Shown here one piece after another: positions 8,731 through 18,705 of a stretch of 63,238 nt of DNA. Within the stretch, counting starts at the first letter, position 1. Each line of letters begins with the position of its first letter. This DNA is from Clostridia bacterium DTU022 (GTDB lineage Bacteria; Bacillota; Dethiobacteria; DTU022). The DNA lies in the NCBI GenBank assembly GCA_001512835.1, contig LFRQ01000013.1, positions 1 to 63,238 of the forward strand, read 5' to 3'. Both the position numbers and the translations under genes were made by a program. The notes below the pieces were generated by a model that made no database searches, was not told the origin of the DNA, and saw only the letters and a list, made by a program, of their open reading frames with translations.

Positions 8731-10059
8731 TTAATTTCCGTTCCTTTTTTCCGGCAGCAGCCGAAAGATGAAAAGGCAGTCCAGGAGAGTGATCAGGCCG
8801 AAGGCGGCGGTATAGGCGCAGACCACCCCGGAAATGCCCCAGGCCGGCTTGGGCGTCAGGAAGCAAATTAAAACCAGGCTGAGTACGGTTCCCGCCAGGT
8901 CGTTGCTGACCGCCAGGCCCGGCCTCCCGGCCCCGTGCAATATGGCTGCCGTAGTAAACTGCAGGTACGCCAGGGGGGCCACGGGGGCAAGGAGGGCCAC
9001 CAGGCGGGCGGAGGAGAGGTCCCCATAGAAGATTTTTACCAGGATGGGAGCAGCCAGGTAGAGAACCAGGCCGGAAATTATGCCGATGCCGAGGGTTGCC
9101 CACAGGGAGAGGGAAACCAAGCGCCGCACTCGGTGGTGGAGGCGCAGGGTTAGCGCCCCGGCTATGGCCGGGACCAGGGCGGTGTTTAAGGGGATGATCA
9201 GCACCGTGGGCAAAAATAGCAAGGGCAGGGCCATGCCGGAAAACTGTCCGAAGAGGGCGGTGGCCTGGGTCGCGCTGAAACCGGCCAGCTGAAGGCGGGC
9301 GGGGATCAGCAAAGATTCCAGGGTTTGGGTGACGGCGGTGCTCAGGCGGAGGGCCAAAATGGGGAAGGCCAAGGCAAAGAGCTCCCTGAAAATTCCTGCA
9401 GGAACAGGGGTGCCGGCGCCGGCGGCCCTGGGAGGGCTGCTTCGGTAAAGGAAGGAGAAGCAGGCCATCTCCCCGGCGATGATTCCCCCCATCAGTCCCG
9501 CCACCGCCCACTCCAAGCCCCGGGAGGCCAGGAGAAAGGCCGCCGGAAGGCCCAGGAAAACCCGGATAACTTGCTCCGCCACCTGGGAGACGGCGGTAGG
9601 CGTCATATTGCTCCGCCCCTGTTGAAAACTGCGCAGAATGGAAGAAAGGGCGGCTAGGGAAAAAGCGGCCGGCATCAGGCGCAAGGCGGGGATAATTCGC
9701 TTATCGGGAAAGAGGTGGAGCGGGAGAGCCAGGACAGTCCAGAGCAGGAGGGAGACCCCTATTGCCGCCAGGATTACCAGCCGCAGGGATAGTTTTAAAA
9801 CCTTCTCCTGGCCGTAAAGATCGCCCAGGGCGTGGCGGTCGGCCACCATCTTGGTTACCGCGCCGGGCAGGCCCAGGGAGGCCGTGACTACCAGCAGGCC
9901 ATAGATGGGCAGAATCATCTGAAAAAGCCCCAATCCCTCGGCCCCAATCAGCCGGGAGAGAACCATGCGGTTGACCAGGCCGATTAGCCGGACCAGGATT
10001 CCGGCCAAAGTCAGTTGGATGGCCCCTTGCATTAACTTGCCGGAAAGTTTCAAAATCAT
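8731..10059 (-). CDS. spoVB: stage V sporulation protein B-like MOP/MurJ-family flippase
   Basis: Polytopic protein. The N-terminus GAIQLTLAGILVRLIGLVNRMVLSRLIGAEGLGLFQM matches the SpoVB/MurJ pattern. The ORF is open to 10185, and the start (10059 or 10032) is uncertain because no clear RBS is present. Confidence 0.75.
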   Translation of the reverse strand: MILKLSGKLMQGAIQLTLAGILVRLIGLVNRMVLSRLIGAEGLGLFQMILPIYGLLVVTASLGLPGAVTKMVADRHALGDLYGQEKVLKLSLRLVILAAIGVSLLLWTVLALPLHLFPDKRIIPALRLMPAAFSLAALSSILRSFQQGRSNMTPTAVSQVAEQVIRVFLGLPAAFLLASRGLEWAVAGLMGGIIAGEMACFSFLYRSSPPRAAGAGTPVPAGIFRELFALAFPILALRLSTAVTQTLESLLIPARLQLAGFSATQATALFGQFSGMALPLLFLPTVLIIPLNTALVPAIAGALTLRLHHRVRRLVSLSLWATLGIGIISGLVLYLAAPILVKIFYGDLSSARLVALLAPVAPLAYLQFTTAAILHGAGRPGLAVSNDLAGTVLSLVLICFLTPKPAWGISGVVCAYTAAFGLITLLDCLFIFRLLPEKRNGN

Positions 10060-10260
10060 AATGGTACATTCTATGCCGCCAGGTCCAGGGGAAGAAGGTT
10101 CCTTTATCCTATCCTCCTTGGCCTTCTCGATCCCGGAAAGAAGCTCCCGCCCAAATCCGGCGCCGGGGGAAACCGGCAAGGCCATGAATGCATTTAGCAG
10201 GTGATTGGGGCTTGCCTGGAGAAGGAGATGGCGATGTGGCTTGAGGGTCGTTGACTTGTC

Positions 10261-10289
10261 CGCTTCCGGATTCTAATATTAAGTATAAA
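10261..10289 (+). promoter_or_regulatory. sigma-A type promoter for the DUF362 gene
   Basis: TTGACT (10261-10266), 17-nt spacer, TAATAT (10284-10289). Confidence 0.5.
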
Positions 10290-10314
10290 TGAACAAAGGC
10301 AAGGGAGTGTGACC

Positions 10315-11418
10315 ATGAAGGAACTGGAAACCGTATCCCTCGCCAAATGCCCCAGCTATCGCGAGGAAGCCCTTCGGCCGGCGCTGTTGGAGCTGCTGGA
10401 ACCGTGGGGCGGGGCCGGGGGCTTGATCTCTTCGGGGCAGAAGGTGCTCTTGAAGCCAAACTTGCTTACTGCGGCACCCCCCGAAGAAGCGGTTACCAGC
10501 CACCCGGCGCTGATCTCCGCCCTGGTGCAGCTCTTCCAGGAGGCCGGAGCCCGGGTCTTCATCGGCGACAGCCCCGGAGGGGGATCGTACACCCGGGTCC
10601 TGCAGGTCACGGGGATGCTGGAGGTGGCCAGGAAAACGGGGGCGGAGATCCTTTCCTTCAGCGAAGCCGGCGGGCGGCTGGTTGACGGCCGCAGGATTCC
10701 CCTGGCCAAAGCCCTGGAGGAAGTGGACCTGGTAGTCAATGTAGCCAAGTTAAAAACCCATCCCTTGTCCGGCCTTACGGCGGCCGTTAAAAACACCTTC
10801 GGCTGCGTGGTGGACAAGCACAAGATGCGCCTGCACCTGGAGCATCCCAGCCCGGGCCGCTTCGGCCGTCTGCTGCTGGATATTTGCCTGGCCGTCAACC
10901 CGGGCTTTAATATTATCGATGCCGTGATCGGCATGGAGGGGCAGGGACCGCGCAACGGGAGGCCCAGGCCTATAGGCCTGCTCCTGGCCGGGAAAAGCGC
11001 TGTGGCCGTGGATACCGTTGCCGCTGCCATTGCCGGCTTCAAGCCGGTGGAGGTGACCACCCTGGAGGCGGCAAAGCGGAGGAAACTTCCGGGGTCGAGC
11101 CTGGCGGATATACGCCTGGCCGGCCTTTCCCTGGAGGAAGCCCGGATTGACCAATTTGACCGGGGCGTCATCGCCAGGGGGAGGATTGACCGCCTGGTAA
11201 CCCATTACCCCGTCCACTGGGTCATGAACCTCTTCCGGAGAATGAGACCCTATCCCCGGGTTGATCGCCGGGCCTGCAGGGGATGCCGGATCTGCGCCCA
11301 GCACTGCCCGCCCCAGGTGATCAGCATTGAAGACGGCGCCGCCCTCATTGATCGAGGGCGCTGCATTCGCTGCTACTGCTGCCAGGAAATGTGCCCCTAC
11401 GGAGCCGTCCGCCTCTAG
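10315..11418 (+). CDS. DUF362 domain protein with C-terminal 2x[4Fe-4S] ferredoxin domain
   Basis: KVLLKPNLL, KTHPLSG and GMEGQGP stretches typical of DUF362. C-terminal CRGCRICAQHCP and CIRCYCCQEMCP motifs. ATG 7 nt after AAGGGAG. Confidence 0.75.
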   Translation: MKELETVSLAKCPSYREEALRPALLELLEPWGGAGGLISSGQKVLLKPNLLTAAPPEEAVTSHPALISALVQLFQEAGARVFIGDSPGGGSYTRVLQVTGMLEVARKTGAEILSFSEAGGRLVDGRRIPLAKALEEVDLVVNVAKLKTHPLSGLTAAVKNTFGCVVDKHKMRLHLEHPSPGRFGRLLLDICLAVNPGFNIIDAVIGMEGQGPRNGRPRPIGLLLAGKSAVAVDTVAAAIAGFKPVEVTTLEAAKRRKLPGSSLADIRLAGLSLEEARIDQFDRGVIARGRIDRLVTHYPVHWVMNLFRRMRPYPRVDRRACRGCRICAQHCPPQVISIEDGAALIDRGRCIRCYCCQEMCPYGAVRL

Positions 11419-11530
11419 ACCCATCAAAAATCTCTTTCTTTGCTAACGGGAAAGGTATTGCCCGCTTAATTGTAGAAATTAACAGGCAAGGCTGAATTGT
11501 TTGTGCGATGGAAAGGGGAAGGAGAAAAAA

Positions 11531-12286
11531 GTGCGCTACGATCTGGAAGACAAGGTGGTTGTGGTTACCGGCGGGAGCAGGGGGCTGGGTCTGGATCTGG
11601 CCAGGAGCCTGCTGGCCCAGGGGGCCAGGGTGGTTATCTGCGGACGGAAGGAGGAGGGGCTGGAGGCGGCCCGGAAGGAGCTGGGCGAAGAGGAGAAGCT
11701 GCTGGCTGTTCCCGCCCATGTGGCCAAGGAAGAAGACGTGGAGAACCTCTTTCGCCAGGCCCGGGAACGCTTCGGCCGGGTGGATGCCCTGGTGAACAAT
11801 GTGGGGATGAACTTTTTGACCGCTTCCGTGGTGGATACGGATCCCGCCACCTGGAATAAAATTATCGATACCAACTTGACGGGAACCTTCCTATGTTCCC
11901 GGGCGGCCGCCGGAATCATGAAAGAGCAGAAAGAAGGCAAAATCGTCAACATCTCTTCCATAGCGGGGAGGAAGGCCAGTGCCGGCATGGGCATCTACGG
12001 CGTGGCCAAAGCCGGGGTGGAGATGCTGACCAAAGTCCTGGCAGCGGAACTGGCTTCCTACAACATCCAGGTTAACGCAGTGGCGCCCTGCATGATCAGG
12101 ACCAAATTCAGCCAGCCTTTCTGGTCCAACGAAGAGGTTTACAAAGAGATTGTCCAGGAGATACCCCTGGGCAGGATAGCGGAGACCAGCGACGTCATCC
12201 CCGCCATCCTTTTCCTCTGCTCCCCGGCCAGCAATTTTATAACGGGGGAAACCTTGCTGGTAGACGGGGGCAGCTGCGTTTTTTAG
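11531..12286 (+). CDS. short-chain dehydrogenase/reductase (FabG-like)
   Basis: VVVTGGSRGLG (TGxxxGxG), NNVG and YGVAKAG (YxxxK) motifs. GTG start after GGAAGGAG. Confidence 0.85.
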   Translation: MRYDLEDKVVVVTGGSRGLGLDLARSLLAQGARVVICGRKEEGLEAARKELGEEEKLLAVPAHVAKEEDVENLFRQARERFGRVDALVNNVGMNFLTASVVDTDPATWNKIIDTNLTGTFLCSRAAAGIMKEQKEGKIVNISSIAGRKASAGMGIYGVAKAGVEMLTKVLAAELASYNIQVNAVAPCMIRTKFSQPFWSNEEVYKEIVQEIPLGRIAETSDVIPAILFLCSPASNFITGETLLVDGGSCVF

Positions 12287-12314
12287 CCAAAAGCTTGCCT
12301 CCAGCGGAAAGAAC

Positions 12315-12354
12315 GGTGCGGGCCATGAAAACGACCATAGCCCGCACCTTTTAC
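12315..12354 (+). terminator. rho-independent terminator after the SDR gene
   Basis: GGTGCGGGC ... GCCCGCACC 9-bp stem followed by TTTTAC. Confidence 0.65.
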
Positions 12355-12676
12355 TTCTGCCGGGGCTCTGCGGCGCAGGTCTGGAGCAAGCCTGTATAAG
12401 CGTAATAAATACCTTTCATTTCCCGGGCAAGCGCATAATTCGCCTCGAGGGAACAAGAGACGATTGCCGGGCTCGCCATAAGCCTAATCTTGATGAAAGC
12501 TGTCATAATCGCCCCGTTTGGGCCATAAATGCAGCCTCCGGCCGCCAACTTCAGGTCAAATTATGTAAAAAGCGCTCATATACTAAAGCAAAGGATTTTT
12601 TTATTACTTGACATCGCGACGATATTTAATTAGTTTAAATAAAAGTACAATTAACGCAAAGGAGTATTTACAGGCC

Positions 12677-13279
12677 ATGGGCAACCGGCGGCAAGAAGTA
12701 ATCCTGGCAGCAATTAAAGTATTCTCCGAGAAAAACTATAACAAAGCCACTACCGCGGAAATTGCCAGGGAAGCCAGGGTTTCCGAAGGAACGATTTACA
12801 AGCACTTTGCCAGTAAGAAAGAGCTCTTTCTGGAATGCGCGCGGTATATTGAAAACCAGCTCTTTACCAGGTATAAAAAGGTGCACACGGTTTACAAAAA
12901 TCAGCACCTGGAATACTTGCGCCGGGTAGCGTTGGAATACACCTCCTTTGTCTATGAAAACCCCACCATGTCCAAGTTCCTGGCTTTTATGCTCACCAAC
13001 ACCTTCGACCCGGAGATATTGGAAGAATTAAGACAGTTTATTGATGCCAACCTCAAAACCACCGCCTACATGTTGAATGGTGCCCAGGGAACAGGGATGC
13101 TTTCCCCATCCAAGGATATCCAGGCCGCCTCCTGGTTTTACGTGGGCGGCTATTTTACCATTGTCCTCATGATGGAACTGGGAGTTGGCAAAAAGGAATG
13201 CCTGGAGATAGTGGAAAATATGCTGGCCAATACATTTCAATATCCGGCCAAAGAAGTGGAAGAACAGACCATTAAATAG
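12677..13279 (+). CDS. TetR/AcrR-family transcriptional regulator
   Basis: N-terminal HTH ILAAIKVFSEKNYNKATTAEIAREARVSEGTIYKHFASKKELF. About 200 aa. ATG after AAGGAG. Confidence 0.85.
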   Translation: MGNRRQEVILAAIKVFSEKNYNKATTAEIAREARVSEGTIYKHFASKKELFLECARYIENQLFTRYKKVHTVYKNQHLEYLRRVALEYTSFVYENPTMSKFLAFMLTNTFDPEILEELRQFIDANLKTTAYMLNGAQGTGMLSPSKDIQAASWFYVGGYFTIVLMMELGVGKKECLEIVENMLANTFQYPAKEVEEQTIK

Positions 13280-13735
13280 GGAAACCGCTTTTTTACGTCC
13301 GGCACTTTGCCGGAGGGAGAAGACTATGCCCCGAGGCAAGCAAAGCAGCGATCTTCGTTTTAGACTATTGCCCCGGCCTTAAAGCCAATTTTTTATGGCA
13401 AGGGGTCATCCCTGATTAATCTAACCTTATCAACCATGAATCCCCCGGTGCGGAAACAGCATCCAGACCGGACTCTTAAAAAGCCAATACTTTCTCCCCT
13501 TGAAAAACTTTAGAGACCTTTTCTTCTTTCAAACCCTGGAGAGGGTGGAAGAGGTGCGGATCCCCTCCACAAAATCCGCCTCTTCAGGATGGCATAATTC
13601 GCCTTTTTTCCGGCATATTAATAAAGTGATTATTCCCACTATTATAAAATATCTGAAGATTGCAAAATGATGAGCAAGATGGTGATCCTCGCCGTTTAAG
13701 TATAATTTTACAAGTATTTAGTGGGTATTTCAAGT

Positions 13736-13802
13736 TTGACTCGGCAAAAGAAAGCCTAGTAAATTATAAGAACAGGTGAGTGAGTAAACACTTACCATCA
13801 CT
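13736..13802 (+). promoter_or_regulatory. candidate promoter plus imperfect inverted-repeat operator ahead of the SCP2/DUF2148 operon
   Basis: TTGACT (13736-13741), 18 nt, TAAATT. This is followed by GTGAGTGAGTAA-acac-TTACCATCAC (13777-13802), an imperfect inverted repeat of operator-like size. Confidence 0.35.
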
Positions 13803-13910
13803 TGCGCAATTTAACCGGAAACGAGGTGAGGCCCGGAAGAAAGCACCACCGTTTACTTAAGCGCAACGTTATGGTTGGGGTTATTCCATTCCATATCAGG
13901 AGGTAAAATA

Positions 13911-14297
13911 ATGATTTTTGAATCGACAGCTAAGATGTATGACGTCCTGGGGGAGCTGTTCAATGAATTGATGAAGGACCAGCCTCTGTATCAAAAGTTC
14001 ATAGATTCGGATATTACCATCCGTTTTAACATCTCCGATCCCGATGGCTACATCTGGCTTACCAGGGACGGCAAGGTTATTTGCGGGGAGGCCGATTACA
14101 AGCCTACCATCGAGATGACTTTAAGCGGAGATACCTGCCATAAGTTCTGGCTGCAGGAGATCAAAATGCCGGTAGCTCTGGCCAAGGGGTTAATCAAGGC
14201 CAAGGGGCCGCTGCCCAAGGTATTGAATTTGCTGCCCCTGATTAAACCGGCTTATGTCATATATCCCGATATTGCCAAAAAACACGGCATCCTTTAG
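13911..14297 (+). CDS. SCP2 sterol/lipid-carrier domain protein
   Basis: 128 aa. AGGAGG RBS. Its size and the pattern (...ITIRFNISDPDGYIWL...GDTCHKFWLQEIKMPVALAKGLIKAKGP...) fit stand-alone SCP2 domains. Confidence 0.65.
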   Translation: MIFESTAKMYDVLGELFNELMKDQPLYQKFIDSDITIRFNISDPDGYIWLTRDGKVICGEADYKPTIEMTLSGDTCHKFWLQEIKMPVALAKGLIKAKGPLPKVLNLLPLIKPAYVIYPDIAKKHGIL

Positions 14298-14325
14298 GTG
14301 CTGAGCCAAGGAGGGAAGTGAGGGC

Positions 14326-14997
14326 ATGGAAAGAAGCCTAAAACAGTTTGAAGAGGATAGGGTGCAAGCGGCCCGGATTGCCGCCCGGCTGCTCCTGGCT
14401 TCGGCCACAACTTCGCCCCGGGTGGGGGGAGTCGGCGAATGCACCGTGCACATTATCGATGACAAATGCGATATCGAAGACCTCTGCCAGACCATCGAAG
14501 AGATGTCCGAGCTAAACGAGGGCTGGAAACATTTCAAGCGGGACGCCGCCATGCTCCGGGACGCTGATGCGGTCCTAATTCTAACTTCCTTGAGAAGCAA
14601 GACAGACCCCGCCGATATTAATTGCAATATGTGCGGCCACCTGACCTGCGACAACCTCAGAAACGCAGAGCGGCTGCCCCGGGAGCCCGGGATCGCTTTC
14701 CCCGGCCCCTTATGCATTTTCCGGGCCAACAATATCGCCTACGCTGTAGACGGGATCATCTCCCTGGCCAAGTACATCGGCATCGACTACGGCGTCTTCT
14801 GGTCGGCTGGCGCGGCGGCCATGCGCATGAAGCTGGTTCCCAAGGATACCGGCTTTGCCCTGGCCGTGGCCATATCCGTCACCGAGAAGAGCCCCTTCAG
14901 AGACATACCCAAGCGCTACCACGAGATCAACCAGCGGACCATGCAGGACCGCATCATCAGCCGGCTCTGGCCGCAATTCCGCTCCATCTACAGTTAG
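14326..14997 (+). CDS. DUF2148 (COG4739) ferredoxin-domain protein, paralog 1
   Basis: 223 aa. Cys cluster CNMCGHLTC (CxxCxxxxC) plus the downstream Cys in GPLCIFRANN. Paralogous to the next ORF. Confidence 0.7.
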   Translation: MERSLKQFEEDRVQAARIAARLLLASATTSPRVGGVGECTVHIIDDKCDIEDLCQTIEEMSELNEGWKHFKRDAAMLRDADAVLILTSLRSKTDPADINCNMCGHLTCDNLRNAERLPREPGIAFPGPLCIFRANNIAYAVDGIISLAKYIGIDYGVFWSAGAAAMRMKLVPKDTGFALAVAISVTEKSPFRDIPKRYHEINQRTMQDRIISRLWPQFRSIYS

Positions 14998-15025
14998 TGC
15001 CAGGCACGTCAACTTGGTCAACTTT
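14997..15025 (+). repeat. partial third copy of the GTGCCWGGCAC-GTCAACTTNGTCAACTT element
   Basis: GTGCCAGGCACGTCAACTTGGTCAACTTT matches 20943-20971 at 27 of 29 positions. It starts on the last base of the DUF2148-1 stop codon. Confidence 0.8.
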
Positions 15026-15058
15026 TTTGTGTCGACTACTTTTTAAGGAGGTAGAGCA

Positions 15059-15712
15059 ATGGCCGTTCGCGAGATGGATGAACTGGTCCAGAACGGCCTG
15101 GACCGAGCGCTGGAAATTATGGCCCTGGCCGCCCATAACAGCTTCCGCTTCGAGTCGAGGAATACCATTAAAATGCTGGTGGCGGACAAGGAAGAGATGG
15201 AGGCCATAGCCGAATTTTGCTTCTCCCTGGCCGACATGTCCCCCCTGTCTGCCCGGGACGGCCGGCATGTCATGGAACTAATCAAGGAGCCCTGCGCCCT
15301 GCTCCTCATCGGGGACAGCCGGAAGTCCCCCTACAACTACAATTGCGGCGCCTGCGGCTTTCGAACCTGCGCCGAGCTGAACCGGGCGGAAGAGACGGAT
15401 TCGCTCCTGGCCATCGGACCCAGCTGCCAGTTTAAAAATATCAACATCAACATCGCCGCCAACGCCGCGGCGTACATGGCCTGGCGCCTGGGCCTCTACT
15501 GCCGGGTTTTCAGCACCCTGGCCTTTGCCGCCAAGGCCCTGGGCATCATTGATACTGACCTGGTGGTCTGCGTATCGGTGAGCGCCGCCAAGAAGGACCC
15601 CTATTTTGACCGGCATCAGTTCTGGACCGATGAGTACTGGGATGAAGTCTTTGAAAACGAGTTCCCAACTTTCACCCGGGGCTTCATCGGCGCCGTGGAG
15701 AAGGAAGATTAG
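15059..15712 (+). CDS. DUF2148 (COG4739) ferredoxin-domain protein, paralog 2
   Basis: 217 aa. AAGGAGG RBS. CGACGFRTC (CxxCxxxxC) plus GPSCQFKNIN, collinear with paralog 1. Confidence 0.7.
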   Translation: MAVREMDELVQNGLDRALEIMALAAHNSFRFESRNTIKMLVADKEEMEAIAEFCFSLADMSPLSARDGRHVMELIKEPCALLLIGDSRKSPYNYNCGACGFRTCAELNRAEETDSLLAIGPSCQFKNININIAANAAAYMAWRLGLYCRVFSTLAFAAKALGIIDTDLVVCVSVSAAKKDPYFDRHQFWTDEYWDEVFENEFPTFTRGFIGAVEKED

Positions 15713-15739
15713 CCATCATGCTTGGAAGGTGGTATAAAC

Positions 15740-17362
15740 ATGAGTTATAAAGCCCATTTGAACCAGGTAATCGCCTCCCACCTGGTGGAACTCAAGGCCG
15801 ACGAGGTTCCCGACCAGCCCATATTCATCTTCGAAAAGGGAGAGCACGGGGAAGATATCCTTACCTACAAGGACCTGCACGAGAATTCCAACAAGATCGC
15901 CCGCCTTTTCCTGGAGCGGGGCATCGGCAAGGGGGATCATTACGCCATCTACATGCGCAACCACCCCGAGTTTCTCTACTCCCTCCTGGCCGGGATGGTG
16001 CTGGGAGCCATCGCCGTCCCCGTAGACCCGCGCTACCGGGGCGAGCGTTTAAAATACATTCTTCACAACTGCAAGGCCAAAGCGGTAATCGCTTCCGGAG
16101 AATGCCTGGAAGCTCTGGAGGAGGTGCTGGGGGAACTGCCCGAGATCAAGCTGGTCTCCATCGCCTATCGTCCCGAGCAGAACATTCCCTTCAGCAGCAA
16201 GTACCATGCCTTGAACGAGACCCTGGAGCAGGACACCTGGGCCGCCGTGGAGCAGCAGATCATGGATGTCCGGCATCCCATGCAGGTAATCTACACCTCC
16301 GGGACCACGGGAGATCCCAAGGGGGTAACTATCCGGAACAACCGGACCGGCCTCTACACCATCCTGACCCGCATCGTCTGGCAGTATAAGAAGAGCGATA
16401 TATTGTACACCGGCCTTTCCCTCTCCCACGGGAACGCCCAGGCGGTAACCCTCTTTCCGGCCCTGTACCTGGGCTGCCAGGCCGTTTTCAGCCCCCGCTT
16501 TACCAAGAGCCGCATCTGGGATATCTGCCGTAAATACGGCTGCACCTCCTTCTCGCTTTTGGGAGGGATGATGGCGGCCATCTACAACGAGCCGGAGAAG
16601 CCCGATGATGCCGACAATCCCGTCCAAGTGGTGATTAGCGCCGGCACTCCCCGGGCCATCTGGGAAAGCTTTGAGAAGCGCTTCAACGTGCAAATCCTGG
16701 AATGGTACGGCTCCGTGGAGGGAGGCTTCGCCTACAAGCCCATCGGCAAGGGGCCCATCGGCTCATTCGGGAAGGGCCTTCCCGGGGTTATGGAGCTGAA
16801 AGTGGTGGACGAAAATGACAACGAGGTGCCGCCGGGAGTTACCGGGGAACTAATCTGCCGCATGATTAAGGGCGATACGCGAGTGGATTACCTGGGACTC
16901 CCCGAAGCCTCCAAGGAGAAGACCCGGGGCGGCTGGCTACGCACCGGGGACATGGTCCACCGCGATGAAAACGGTTGGTTATTCTTCGACTACCGCAAGG
17001 GCTCCGAGCTGAGGAGAGCCGGCGACTTTATACAGCCCGATTTTGTGGAGAAAGTTATCGGCGAACATCCCGACGTCAGCGAAGTCTGCGTCTACGGCAT
17101 ACCCGCCGCCTCGGGCGCTCCCGGGGAGAGCGACCTGGTGGCGGCCATCTCTCCCTTTGAGGGGAAGACCATCGATCCCGTCTCCATCTACCGGCGCTGC
17201 CAGGAGGAACTGGCCCGCAACTTTATCCCCTCCTACCTGCAGATTGTCGACGAGATCCCGAAAACCATCTCCGAAAAACCCTTGGATCGCCTTCTGCGCG
17301 AGCAGTTTAACCGGGGAGAAGGGGAGATCTACCGTTACGAGGACTACATCAACGAGTTGTAA
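15740..17362 (+). CDS. AMP-forming acyl-CoA synthetase/ligase
   Basis: IYTSGTTGDPKG AMP-binding motif, GELICR, and the C-terminal lysine context ISEKPLDR. About 540 aa. Confidence 0.9.
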   Translation: MSYKAHLNQVIASHLVELKADEVPDQPIFIFEKGEHGEDILTYKDLHENSNKIARLFLERGIGKGDHYAIYMRNHPEFLYSLLAGMVLGAIAVPVDPRYRGERLKYILHNCKAKAVIASGECLEALEEVLGELPEIKLVSIAYRPEQNIPFSSKYHALNETLEQDTWAAVEQQIMDVRHPMQVIYTSGTTGDPKGVTIRNNRTGLYTILTRIVWQYKKSDILYTGLSLSHGNAQAVTLFPALYLGCQAVFSPRFTKSRIWDICRKYGCTSFSLLGGMMAAIYNEPEKPDDADNPVQVVISAGTPRAIWESFEKRFNVQILEWYGSVEGGFAYKPIGKGPIGSFGKGLPGVMELKVVDENDNEVPPGVTGELICRMIKGDTRVDYLGLPEASKEKTRGGWLRTGDMVHRDENGWLFFDYRKGSELRRAGDFIQPDFVEKVIGEHPDVSEVCVYGIPAASGAPGESDLVAAISPFEGKTIDPVSIYRRCQEELARNFIPSYLQIVDEIPKTISEKPLDRLLREQFNRGEGEIYRYEDYINEL

Positions 17363-17386
17363 CTTCTTGGAAAGGAGTGCCGTGTT

Positions 17387-18610
17387 ATGAGTTACCTGGA
17401 ATTAAACCTGGATCTAACCGACGAGCAGCTCATGCTGCGGGACAATATACGCAAGTTTGCCCTGGAGGTAATGAGGCCTACCGCCATGAAGCTGGACCAG
17501 ATGACTCCCGAGGAAGTCATCGCCCCGGACTCTATCTTTTGGGACTGTATGAAACAGGCTTACAAGCTGGGCCTGCATAAGATCCTGATTCCCGAGGAGT
17601 ACGGGGGGCTCGGTCTGTCGCCTATCGAAGTACACATGGTAGTCGAAGAGATGGGCTACGGCAGCAGCGATATCGCCATCGCCCTAGGGGTCAGCTGCTT
17701 CCCGGCTTTTCTGGCCTCCATGGTCCCTACTGATGAGTTGATCAATAACATTATCGTCCCCTACTGCGAAGACACCGAAGCGAAGATCATGGGCTGCTGG
17801 GCGATTACGGAGCCGGATCACGGTTCCGACAGCCTGGCTCCCGGCACCGCCCAGTTTAAAGACCCCAACATTTATGGACAATGCCGAGCCCGTCTGGAGG
17901 GTGACGAGTGGGTAATCAACGGGCAGAAAGCGGCCTGGGTCTCCATGGGGACGGCGGCCACCCACGCCATGGTCTACCTGACCATCGATCCCTCCATGGG
18001 CTTTGCCGGCGGCGGCATCTGCCTGGTTCCCCTGGACCTTCCCGGCGTCTCCCGGGGGAAGCCCCTGAACAAGCTGGGGCAGAGGGCCCTGAACCAGGGG
18101 GAGATCTACTTCGACAATGTCCGGGTGCCCTACGAATACATGCTTGTGGACCAGGAGAGCTACGAAGCTATTCTCGACATCACCCTGGCTACGGCCAATG
18201 CCTATGTCGCCGCCGTATTTACCGGGGTGGCCCGCTCCGCTTACGAGGAGGCGCTGAACTATGCCCGGCAGCGGGTGCAGGGGGGGAAGCCCTTGGTCGA
18301 GCACCAGCACGTGCGCTACAAGCTTTTCCACATGTTTAAAACGGTGGAAGCCTGCCGGGCCCTTTCCCGGGCCGCTATGGTCTACAACCTTAGCACCAGT
18401 CCGCCGGCAACGGAGTACTCCATCGCTTCAAAAGTTTTCTGCACCGACGCCGCTTTCCAGGTGGCCCACGAGGCCATCCAGATCTTCGGCGGCAACGGCC
18501 TGGCCAAGGAGTACGCCATCGAAAAGATCTTCCGCGATGCCCGGGCCGGGATGATCGAGGACGGCTCCAACGACAGCCTGGCCCTGTTTGCCAGCGAACG
18601 GCTCATTTAG
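17387..18610 (+). CDS. acyl-CoA dehydrogenase
   Basis: 407 aa. ACAD pattern: WAITEPDHGSD, the middle beta-domain, and QIFGGNGLAKEYAIEKIFRDAR near the C-terminus. Confidence 0.9.
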   Translation: MSYLELNLDLTDEQLMLRDNIRKFALEVMRPTAMKLDQMTPEEVIAPDSIFWDCMKQAYKLGLHKILIPEEYGGLGLSPIEVHMVVEEMGYGSSDIAIALGVSCFPAFLASMVPTDELINNIIVPYCEDTEAKIMGCWAITEPDHGSDSLAPGTAQFKDPNIYGQCRARLEGDEWVINGQKAAWVSMGTAATHAMVYLTIDPSMGFAGGGICLVPLDLPGVSRGKPLNKLGQRALNQGEIYFDNVRVPYEYMLVDQESYEAILDITLATANAYVAAVFTGVARSAYEEALNYARQRVQGGKPLVEHQHVRYKLFHMFKTVEACRALSRAAMVYNLSTSPPATEYSIASKVFCTDAAFQVAHEAIQIFGGNGLAKEYAIEKIFRDARAGMIEDGSNDSLALFASERLI

Positions 18611-18705
18611 AGCGGAAGGCGGGGAGATAGACCCGGTTTGCTGGTATAAGGCGGAAGACATGGAAGAGATCCCGTTTTTAAAAGGAGTTATCCAAGGAGG
18701 AATCC

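Noticed and set aside
12351-12548. 65-aa minus-strand ORF between the SDR gene and tetR.
   Set aside because: It has no ATG or GTG with an RBS at the 5' end (TTG only). It has no recognisable motif, and its 3' end runs into the SDR terminator T-tract. A real small protein cannot be excluded, but there is no positive evidence.
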